Origin: Malacoraja senta
Lineage: Eukaryota
DNA: 64,000 bases
Direction of reading: 5' to 3'
Assembly: GCA_038087875.1 (NCBI GenBank)
Contig: CM076000.1
Coordinates: 1,674,001 to 1,738,000 of the forward strand
The position numbers and the translations under genes were made by a program. Under the pieces are notes generated by a model, which was not told the DNA's origin, made no database searches, and was given only the letters and a program-made list of their open reading frames with translations. Of this stretch, positions 1 to 10,050 are shown one piece after another. Numbering within the stretch: the first letter of the stretch is position 1; each line of letters begins with the position of its first letter.

Positions 1-548
1 TCAAAGATGCTTTAGCTGCCAAGAACCTTGGTCTAATCCATCTGTGGACACTAAACCACGGCAAAATACATTGGGCTAGGACAGGACACCAGTAGTTCCT
101 CATTTAAAAATACGAATAGGAATAAAACATTGAATTAAATGAAGGTTGATCCAATTTGTTACATGTCCACCTTCCCACCCTATCCCCATTTTGATCAAAA
201 ATCTACCTCAGTTTTGAGTATATTCTCCTCAGCATTTTGGAGTAGGAATTTCAAAGATTCATTCCCTCCAAGCTCATCATCAAGCTCCAAATTGTGGGTC
301 TCTGCACCTTCATTTGCAGCTGGATCATTAACTTCCTCATCGGCAGACCTCGATCAGTGTGGAGCAGTAACACAATCTTCACTGCACTGACCAGCAACAC
401 AGGTGTACCTTAAGGCTGTGCTTAGCATCTGCTCTACTCTCTTTGCACCCATTACCATGTGGCTAAGCATGGCTCCAATACCATCTATACGTTCACCACT
501 TGTAATGGCAGATTATTAGGGCTACTATAAATGGCTACTACACCACTG

Positions 549-918
549 TTGTGGTATTGAAAGTGGTGAGAATTTTTGCCATCCACTCAGCAGCTTTTCT
601 AAATCAGAGGAATATTCCTCTCTTTCCACCCATTGACAGACCTTCATCCAATGATGCAAATCTGGAGCACTTTCCTGACAGGTAAGCCGGTTACCGTACC
701 TTAAATGGTGGGACTGAAGCTTGTGTCAGGCAAAAATTACCAGAATTCAGTTAAAGTCCAAATTCAAAATAATTTATTGGACGTTCTCTCTCTGGTCCCA
801 ATCAAGAATTTATGGCTAAATGACAGACGGGTAGAAATTCCAGCTGGGCAGAAATATTTGTCTTGATCTCAACCCAATTTGCAGCCATTCTGGCAGATGG
901 ATGCTAAGATTATGAGAG
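549..918. repeat. ~370 bp dispersed direct repeat, copy 1 (copy 2 at ~2943-3323)
   Basis: Colinear, high-identity match by eye from TTGTGGTATTGAAAGTGGTGAG to GGATGCTAAGATTATG. Contains the internal inverted motif AATTTTTGCC/GGCAAAAATT. Confidence 0.9.
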
Positions 919-989
919 ATTTTGAAATTGCAAAACACAGAGACAAAGTCGTATTGCAAGAAGAATTGATTGCAAATGTAAGAATGTGT

Positions 990-1455
990 GGTCCAATTAG
1001 AGAGAGCCCATAAGTGGAATACTGTGTATAGATCTGGTCTCTATATGTAAGGAACTTGCAACAGAGAGAGTCCAACAAAGATTCATTGTATTTGGTTCCT
1101 GGAATGGTGAGGATGTCTTATGATGACTGATTAAGAAAGCAGGGACAATGCTTTCTAGAATTTAGAAGAATGAAAGATTTTGTAATTAAATGTACAGAAA
1201 TCTTAAGGTGTTTGACAGAATAGACGAGGAGTTTCCTCTGACTAGAATATACAGTCTCTGCCCAAGAGGAGTGCTGAGGTTCACTTCCTGAGTAAAATCA
1301 TGACAGCGATTGAAAGAATTTAGATATTAAGGAAATCTATGGCTACAGGGGTGAGTGCAGGAAAATGCAGGTAAATAATTATTCATGATTTCATTGAATG
1401 GTGGAACAAAAATTATAGGCTTAATAACCTTCCCCTGCTATTTCCTATTTTCTTA
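990..1455 (+). mobile_element. old, degenerate CR1 LINE 3' fragment
   Basis: Decayed similarity to the young CR1 3' end at 42040-42880 (CCTGGAATG..., CTAGAATTTAGAAGAATG, TCATTGAATGGTGGAAC). Boundaries approximate. Confidence 0.6.
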
Positions 1456-1471
1456 AATAATCAGAAATTAC

Positions 1472-1629
1472 CTTAAAGCCACGACGGAGTCTGGTCATAA
1501 TCACTGCAAGGAACTCTTGTTTGCTCAAACATCCATCTCCATCTACATCAAAGATCTTGAAGACCGTATCAAGCACATTATCTGACAGTTCTTGGCCTGT
1601 GGCAACTTTCACAGCTCTCTTGAATTGTC
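1472..1629 (-). CDS. MICU2: MICU2 internal exon (penultimate coding exon, C-terminal EF-hand), 158 bp
   Basis: tttag|GA...AAG|gtaatt. Translates (G)QFKRAVKVATGQELSDNVLDTVFKIFDVDGDGCLSKQEFLAVIMTRLRRGFK, matching mammalian MICU2 EFKRAVKVATGQELSNNILDTVFKIFDLDGDECLSHEEF as recalled. Confidence 0.97.
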
Positions 1630-2671
1630 CTAAATTTAATATTGTAAATTAGTAAAATATTTGGCACATGGAACATATATTCCTTAAGCAATTGTAGATT
1701 TACAGGTTGCGACAGGATTCTGTTCCTGAGAATCGTGCATAACAGTATGAAAGTCGGAAATGCCACTGTTCGGCAACATGTTTAAATAACCATTCAGATA
1801 TTCCAGTGAACCAGTGCCCCCATGGTAGAAGATACCTGCAGCCCCAAAATAGCTGGCACATCCATTTAAACAATTGTTCGCATGCACAGGCTGTACATAA
1901 GCTGGGCAGGACCTAGGTGTAGTATCTATTTTCATCCATTTGAAATATAATGAAATGGATATTATAAGGGCATGATGTATTATTTCATCTTCATGCTTAA
2001 ATCATTTTAAAACTGTTTATTGTGATATTTAATCTTTGCTTACTATCCACTATAAGATGGAATCGATCCAACTTTCAACTCTGAGCTATCCTGCAGTTGC
2101 AATAACATTATCAATGAAGGCCTGTTTTATGCTGAGCTTTTGGTATCCTATTTTCTGGCTTTTCTCTTGAGGCCGTATACATCTGCATTAGAAATGAAGG
2201 GGTGTTGGCTTTCAATCATTTGGCTATTTTGCATTTCACTTTCAGTGCCCCAATTTTCCACATTTACACATTTACAGTGGCTGGGTGTGTAATGTTCAGG
2301 AAACCCTTTTGCAGAAAGCCAGTCCTGACTTCCAGAAATTCAGTAAACCTATGTGTGTGATTTGTGGGGAAGAGCAAAACTAGAGGTTTTCATTATAAAA
2401 TATTTGCCAAGAATAGTGGGGAAGAAGCTGTTCTTGAGGGTGAAGAGAACAGAGGAATAGACTAAGAGATTTAAGTGTGGAAAGATATGAGAAGATTTGC
2501 TCATTTTTCTGGTTTCTTTCTTAAAGCCTTCAGGACAGCAGCAGAATGTTTAAATAGATTGTCCCTTGAATGACAAGGAACCATTTCCAAAGTTTAAAGA
2601 GGAATGATAACACTTAATTCTAAAAATGCATATCTCATTTTAACATAATAAGAAATATTGTCCATATTTAC

Positions 2672-2780
2672 CTATTCCAACAGGACGATTGGCTGCAGTG
2701 AACATATTCATGGTGAAAGCAAAGTCCTCAAGATGATTCATAAAATGGTAAAATGCCCTGAATTCTTCAAAGGAAATGCT
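2672..2780 (-). CDS. MICU2: MICU2 internal exon, 109 bp
   Basis: ttctag|AGC...ATAG|gtaaat. Translates SISFEEFRAFYHFMNHLEDFAFTMNMFTAANRPVGI(G). Phase 0 in, phase 1 out, fitting both neighbouring exons. Confidence 0.97.
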
Positions 2781-2942
2781 CTAGAATGCAACAGAGAACC
2801 ATTTAATATTTAAGGACAGGACACTTATTGTAAAATATGAGGGAGCGACAGAGAGAAGTGAGGAAAAGGACAGAGAAATGAAGAAATTGCTTTGAGATCC
2901 TTAGATTACAATACTAGAAGACGTGCCTGTTTTCTGATGTAA

Positions 2943-3323
2943 TTGTGATATTGAAAGTGGTGAGAATTTTTGCCATCTACTCCAGCAGTTTTTCTAAATC
3001 AGAGGAATATTCCTCTCTTTCCACCCCATGGACAGACCTTCATGCAAAGAGGCAAATCTGCAGCACTTTCCTGACAGGTAAGCCTGTTACCTACCGTACC
3101 TTAAGTGGTGGGACTGAAACTCGTGTCAGGCAAAAATGACCAAAATGTAGTCACTTTTAAGTCCAAATTCAAAATAACTTATTGGACGTTCTCACTCTGG
3201 TCCCAATCAAGAATGTATGGTTAAATGACAGACGGGTAGAATTTCCAGCTGGGCAGAAATATTTGTCTTGATCTCAACCCAATTTGCAGTCATTCTGGCA
3301 GATGGATGCTGAGATTATGGGAG
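2943..3323. repeat. ~370 bp dispersed direct repeat, copy 2
   Basis: Colinear with 549-918. Confidence 0.9.
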
Positions 3324-4341
3324 GACAACATCCAAATAGGCAGGGATATTTGGCTCCAATGTATTGGGGGGGAAAATTGATACAAAATGGAAGTAATAGA
3401 GATCAATACGTGAATAGAGTATAACGTAACACTTCCTTCCGTAAGACAGTTACACAGCCCAACTCCATCTCTCAACTGTTTGACAATTGCAATATCTGTG
3501 GAGGACATTTTGCAACAGTGTACCTATATGTTGTAGGTACATGGGAAATAAATATCACATTTCAAATTGATAACAATTTTGTAAAGAGAGAATTTTCCAG
3601 AACATTTCAGAATTTTAGGAAAACCCAAGCTATTGTGGTACTTACAGATTAAATATGTTTATACTATCATATGATGCAAGGATTACTTCAGTATAAAAAA
3701 TGTAAATAATATAGTTCACTTATGGATAATTGTGTATAATGGACAATGTACTAGAGTGCTACTGTGAAGATCAATACCCAAGGAGAATCATCACCAAGAA
3801 TAAAATTGTTGTTGAGTTTTAAACTTATCAATGAACATTCTAAATACTGATGTCTTCCTCAATTCCCTTGAAACGACTGTTTAACATCCTCAAAATTTTA
3901 CGGTAATTAGGTTCAAATCAGTGTATTAACTGACTACAAATGCAATACACTTTCACACAGGTACATTATGGAAGAAGAAATGCTACCATCCATGACCTCC
4001 TAATAATCCAAAATATGAAGAAGAAAAAGATTAACAATTGTGTATATTGCAGCATTAGTAAGCTTTTGTGGTACAAATGCAAATATCTTTCCCCATTGCA
4101 AACAGCTTTCCATGCAATAGAAGTCCATGCAAATTCCTTTCATTCACTGCTTATAACAGCTTTCGTGAGATACATGATGAAGCTACCATAAGGTGTTTTT
4201 TTAGGGTTAAAGAGTTTTCTCAACAACAATTAGTTTAGTAGTCCTGAAATACTAATTAAACCAGTGAAATGGTTTTATATAATATTTTTCATTTATAAGC
4301 ATTCAAACCAAGTTTTATCTTGACATTAGCTACAAGCTAAC

Positions 4342-4513
4342 CTGTCCTGGAGGGATTCTCATCTGCACATTTCTCCAGTAAATATCACGATTTTGTTTTT
4401 CAGTGAAATGGAGCAGCCACAATGCAAATTCCTCTCTTCTCATTGTTTTCATGCCTCGAGAGAACTCTGTAAATTCAATCTCTTGCACTTCTTTTTGCAG
4501 ATCTTCCATAAAT
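4342..4513 (-). CDS. MICU2: MICU2 internal exon, 172 bp
   Basis: tatag|A...CAG|gttagc. Translates (R)FMEDLQKEVQEIEFTEFSRGMKTMRREEFALWLLHFTEKQNRDIYWRNVQMRIPPGQ. WLL and DIYW are MICU2-type rather than MICU1/MICU3-type residues. Confidence 0.97.
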
Positions 4514-4925
4514 CTATATATAAAAGAAGCATTTCAGATGCCAAGGATTAAAACGTTGACATTCAATCCCGGAGACTACTTTATAGATGCTATTGCATCA
4601 AATAGTAAGCATAATTTTTATTTTTAACATGCACTTAACATTTGAAAATTAGTATGAATTTAACAATGGATAAGCCAATATGCAAGTTTAAACTGCTGCG
4701 ATGATACAACTCCAATTCTGTGAGACAGACAGAATATGGTTTGGTGAACCGAATCACATTCAGTTGGATTCTCGGAATGGAGCTGTAAAGTCATATCAGC
4801 TAATCTTACCCATCAAATCCCATGATTGACCTTTACCAACAAAGTTTGACATTTGCTTGTTGGATGCATGCACTGCAGTCTACCTAAAATCTCCTGGAAA
4901 GCTGACTGGATATATTAGAATGAAA

Positions 4926-5100
4926 TATAATAATAATAATAATAATAATCATTTTATTTACTGGCGCCTTTCTAAAACCCAAGGACACCTTACAATGCAT
5001 AGAATCACAACAAAACAGAAAACACATAATCGGAATAAATTAAATAAGAAAACACCACAGTACACAAATCAGGGACAGAATTCAATTTCAAAAGCACCAA
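4926..5100 (-). mobile_element. (AAT)n microsatellite plus LINE/SINE 3' end (L2-like tail)
   Basis: AAT repeat directly followed by CATTTTATTTACTGGCGCCTTTCTAAAACCCAAGGACACCTTACA, which reads as a reverse-oriented retroposon tail. Confidence 0.55.
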
Positions 5101-7084
5101 AAGACGCACCCAGCATCAGATGGTAGCACTATGGAGATGGTGAAGAAAGTTCTGTTCTGATACAGTCAGATACACATGTAACGTAAGTAAGTAAGTTTAT
5201 TGGCCAAGTGTTCACATACAAGGAAGTTGCCTTGGTGCTCCGCCCACAAGTAACAACATGACCTACAGTGACTGTTACGAATGACTCAGAAAACACTAAA
5301 CATTAAAATTGGGTCCTTGGAGAAATGGTAGTTGTGGACAAAATAGCTCTTCCAGGACCAACATTTGTTGGCTCTTCATAAACCTTTAAAATATATGTTG
5401 AGATTCTTGAGAGTCAGAGTATCAAAAAAGCATAATAAACTGTAATTTCAATTTTACTGAAAAAGTAAATACGGTACTTCTTTTTGATTTTAGTAATTAT
5501 TTGAGTATATGAAATAAATGTCTGATAAGCATTCTTTGATGGAGAATAGTTAATATCATTTAGTAAATTGTGAATACAAATGGCATATAAAATGAGGAAT
5601 GCCAAATAGCCATTGAAGATTCTAGATTTAAGTAAGTCTGACTTTAATATTATGAGATGAAAATTGTCTGCAGTAATCTTGGTAATTCCTTTAACAATTA
5701 GAGTAACTGAAAAACAGTGCCAAAGATAAGTGTTTTGCAACCAGTTCCTACTCTTAAATGGACATGATTGCTTTTTGCCAATAAAAGATTTGCGCTGTGA
5801 AAGGGATGAGGGACAATACAAAGCCCAAAGAACAAAAAACACATAAACAAGGAAAATTACAGATCCTGTTAGCCAAGCAAGTTTCAAATAAAGACTGATA
5901 AAATAACATGAAAAATAAAAAAGTGAGTATGAAAAAAATTGCAGTGGATATTAAGACAATAGATAATAGGTGCAGGAGTAGGCGATTCGGCTCTTTGAGC
6001 CAGCACTGCCATTCAATGTGATCATGGCTATGATGCTGTCTATGTGGCATTTTCACTTTATCCCCATGACTGTTTGGGTTTCTTCCAGATCTGCTGTTTT
6101 CCTCCCACATCCCAAAAATGTGCAGGTTTGTTGGTTAATTGACCATTATAATATCTCGGGGACAGCACCTTATCTACTGACCTAGCTCCTGTGTATAACG
6201 CTTAATTAATCTTCGATATACTGAATTCACGCTTCATGATATTGCCCCCTCTACAATATGAGACCAAATACATTTGTTGCAGAACATTTTCATTCTGTCT
6301 ACAAATATAACCCTGAGGTTCCAATCACTTTAATTATCCACCCCATTCCCATGCTGACCTCTTCTCAGGGACAGCACTGTATCCACTGATGTATCTCCAG
6401 TGTACAACACTTAATTCAACAATTTCAGATAATTAGTGATTCACATTTCTAGCATTGAGAGTTTTTATCCTTTTGGTAATTTCAGATAACTATCACCCTT
6501 CTCTTTACATCTCCTCCACTTTACCACCCACCTTCACGTCTCCTCTCATGTTATTTAATCAGCTGTTGGAGACCTTGGAGCTCCACAAATAGTAGGAGGT
6601 TCTCTTCACGATTATTGCAAAAATATTAATTATTGTAACAAATAACCACCTAATCCCCCAAAAAAGTCAGGATCACTCCAAGCAGTCAGGGACAGATTTG
6701 TTTATTTTCATGCCACACAAAGATGCTCACACTTCCAGCAGTGCACAGAACAGCAAGAGTGCTGCAATGTGTGGTTGATTGGGCGTGGCTGGAGAAATCT
6801 CAGAAAACATGGGACAATAAATAGACCCTAGTTTGCAACTGTCATGGAATAATCCCTTGGTTTAATTGCAATAGCTGAGGTTCATGTTGTGCATATCATG
6901 GTGGGAGGCATATGCTGGGTAATGTGGTGAATGAGATGGAATACAATTCTGACCTGCAAATAGACAGAATCCTGCTATTAGTGGGTGTATCCCTGAAAGG
7001 CCATGAAGCTTTGAGGCTCAGTTAGCAAATAGAACTGAAATAGAATGAATAAATTCAGCACAGAAAATTAAGTGGTCTATGAAA

Positions 7085-7345
7085 TCACCTTCGAAAGGAT
7101 CTAAAAGAGGTGCTGTCTCAGAAAGGCAGCCGGCATCATGAATCCACACCATACTGGCCATGCTCTCATTTCATTCTTAGCTTTGGGAAGAAGGTATAGG
7201 ATTCTGAAAACCATGACGTTCAAGAAGTTTATTAGTATTGATGTTATTAATTAATTTATTTTTGGTTATCTCTGAGTATTGTGTTTACTGCAAGTAAACA
7301 TTTCATTATTCCATTGTCGGTACATAAGACAATTAAACACTCTCT
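7085..7345 (+). mobile_element. Rex1-like LINE 3' fragment
   Basis: Similar to the 3' part of the 28149-28998 element (GGCAGC...CCACACCATACTGGCCA...TTTCATT...GACAATTAAAC). Confidence 0.6.
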
Positions 7346-7349
7346 AATC

Positions 7350-7994
7350 CAGGGGTCGGCAATCTATGGCCCCCGGGCAGAATGCAGCCCGTAACCCGAA
7401 ATCATCCGGCTCGTAGGCGTATTTTTTTTTTCCGTAATCATCCGGCCCGCAGACTTCCTTCATCTCCGGTACCTCCCGGGCCCGAGGCACCCAGGCGCGG
7501 TGACCCAAATATGCAAGGAGGCCTGCGCTGGCGGCCGCAATTGCGGAGCTGCCGATTGCCGAGCTCTGGCTGTACCGCATCTTGCGCAAAGCTGCCGGCA
7601 CGGCCGCGCACCTTCTGTGTCTGGGCTTCACTGTCGGGATCAGGGTTGTCAATAGGCCGGGAACGAGTGAGTGTGAGTATTTGAGCTTCACTGTAGGAAT
7701 CAGGGTTGTCAATAGGCCGGGGATGAGTGAGTATGAGTATTTGAGCCACCTCCTTCAGGACAGAGCCAAGGCAATGGTCCGTAAGTACTCCATGTCCGTG
7801 AGCGCCCGTAACGAGGGGCCAGTTCTGCGGGTGGCGTCTTCAAAGGGGCGGGATCTATGTGAACAAGTGATTTGATGCCTGCCATCCGAGGCAGGATGGG
7901 GCGGGATCCATGTGTCCACGTGATAGATGTGGCCCGCCATCCACTCACAGACATGTGTCCTGGCCCCTATGCAGAACAAGGTTGCTGACCCCTG
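7350..7994. mobile_element. non-autonomous hAT (Charlie-like) DNA transposon / MITE
   Basis: TIRs CAGGGGTCGGCAATCT / AGGTTGCTGACCCCTG. Perfect 8-bp TSD CTCTAATC at 7342-7349 and 7995-8002. CpG-rich, with an internal 60-bp tandem duplication at 7625-7745. Confidence 0.92.
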
Positions 7995-8849
7995 CTCTAA
8001 TCCTAACATGTATGCCATTGGTTCCACCAAATATCACTTGCGATAAACAAGGGCACATATCAATTATGAAAATGGGAAAATCAGGCAGCTATCAAACCAT
8101 TAACCTATGGAGGTGAGGAAAAAGATTCTCATGTCTTTCTCTCAGGCAATTCAATAAACTAGACAGAGACGGTGTAAAGGCACCTCAAATGCAGTTTCTG
8201 TGAAAAAATCAGACTGGTAGATTATAGAATCTGTGCTCATTCCAGGATTTCCATTTCTTTGTATTACATTAATATTGCAAAGTTATTGGCAATAACAATA
8301 TCTTCCACATAAATGATCCTAATGCCTCCAGCATCAAGGAGAACTGCAGAGAAGGTGTTTTCTCGCTCACCGATGCCAAACATAAATGGCAACCGCCAGC
8401 AGTTATTTCTATAAACCACTGGCAGAGTCTTCAGAAAATATTTAGTTCACCCTTAGAAGCAAACAATGTGGCTTTTGTTTTGCTGACTTGTATAAGTCTT
8501 CCCAGTCAAAATCAGAGAAGACTGACAGCCAGAAAATTAATTAAAGAAGTGTCTATGTCCAAACATGTACACTTGCAGCTTCTTTCTGTTGTGTTAATCC
8601 TCTGTAGTTTGTCAGGCAAATTAAATCAGGTAAATGCCAGAGAAAAACAAGACAGACTTTTTTAATTTGATCTTGCTCTGTTACTTTAAGATGAATATGA
8701 CTCAATTACAAGTAGATATGGCACAAGAATACAAACCCCTCTTCTACCACTACATTATCAGCTATGGAAACTCAAGGAATTGCAGATGCTGGAATGTTGC
8801 GTAGCACAGCTGGCAGAGCTGCTGCCTCACAACGTTAAGAGACCCAGGT

Positions 8850-9774
8850 AGACAAAAAATGCTGGAGAAACTCAGCGGGTGAGGCAGCATCTATGGAGAG
8901 AAGGAATTGACCAGGGAGTTGCGGAGGGAACGATCTCTGCGGAAAGCAGAAAGGGGAGGAGATGGGAAGATGTGGCCAGTCATGGGATCCCGTTGTTAGT
9001 GGCGAAAATGTCAGAGCATTATATGTTGTATGCGACGGCTGATGGGGTAGAAGGTGAGGACAAGAGGGACTCTCCTCCCTCCGTAACTCCATGGTCAATT
9101 TGTCCCTTTCCACCCAAACCACCACCTCCCCGGGTACTTTCCCCCTGCAACCGCAGGAAATGCAACACTTGTCCCTTTACCTCCCCCTTCGACTCCATCC
9201 AATGACCCAATCAATCTTTCCAGGTGAGGCAGAGGTTCACCTGCACCTTCTCCAACCTCATCTACTGCATCCGCTGTTCTAGGTGTCAACTGCTCTACAC
9301 CGGCGAGACCAAGTGCAGGCTCGGCGATCGTTTCACTGAATACCTCCGCTCAGTCCATGTTAACCAACCTGATCGCTCAGTTGCTCAGCACTTCAACACC
9401 CCCTCCCATTCCCAATCTGACCTTTCTGTCCTGGGCCTCCTCCATTGCCAGAGTGAGGCCCAGCACAAATTGGAGGAACAGCACTCATATTTCGCTTGGG
9501 TAGTTTGCACCTCAGTGGTATTAACGTTGACTTCTCTAATTTTAGATAGCCCTTGCTTTTTCCCTCCTTCCCCTCCCCCTCCCCCTTCTCCCACGTCCTA
9601 CTGTCTCCGCCTACTTCCTTTCTCTTTCCCCCCACCCACCCGACATCAGTCTGAAGAATGGTCTTGACCCAAAACATCGCCTATTCCTTCTCTCCAGAGA
9701 TGCTGCCTTACCCGCTTAGTTTCTCCACATACAATTTGTCTACCTTCGATTGTTCCAGCATCTGTTCTTTCTTA
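8850..9774 (+). mobile_element. 5'-truncated Penelope-like element (GIY-YIG endonuclease fragment) with inverted upstream segment, inserted in a SINE
   Basis: ORF 9224-9667 reads RQRFTCTFSNLIYCIRCSRCQLLYTGETK (GIY-YIG type). Inverted termini AGACAAAAAATGCTGGAGAAACT / AGTTTCTCCA...TTTGTCT. Flanked by the 19-bp duplication AACGTTAAGAGACCCAGGT (8831-8849, 9775-9793). Confidence 0.9.
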
Positions 9775-10050
9775 AACGTTAAGAGACCCAGGTTTGATCC
9801 TGACCATGGGTGCTGCCTTTGGTTTTCACATTTTCCCTGTGACCATGTGGGTTTCCTCTGGGTGCTCCGGTTTCCACCCACATCTCAAAGATGCGTGGGT
9901 TTGAAGGTTAATTGGCTTCTGTAAATTGCCCCTGGTTTGTAGGGAGTGGATGCGAAAGTGGGATAACATAGAACGTGTGAACGGGTGATTGATAGTCGGC
10001 GTTTGGGGTGATCGATGACTGATGGCCCGTTTCCATGCTATATCTCTAAA
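9775..10050 (+). mobile_element. tRNA-derived SINE (5' part at ~8805-8849, split by the Penelope insertion)
   Basis: GAGCTGCTGCCTCACA...AGAGACCCAGGTTTGATCCTGACC (A/B-box-like), core TCCCTGTGACCATGTGGGTTTCC and a CR1-like tail. The family recurs many times in the window. Confidence 0.85.

Noticed and set aside
1..1471. MICU2 terminal exon
   Set aside because: No YWKCVK-like coding segment found; presumably left of the window.
5414..6110. Hydrophobic 157-aa and 118-aa ORFs
   Set aside because: AT-rich intron plus SINE/CR1 pieces; no recognisable domain.
7625..7745. 60-bp repeated units as a possible CRISPR array (also 45546-45740 and 24286-24435)
   Set aside because: Only 2-3 tandem units, no unique spacers, no cas genes, and all lie inside eukaryotic transposons.
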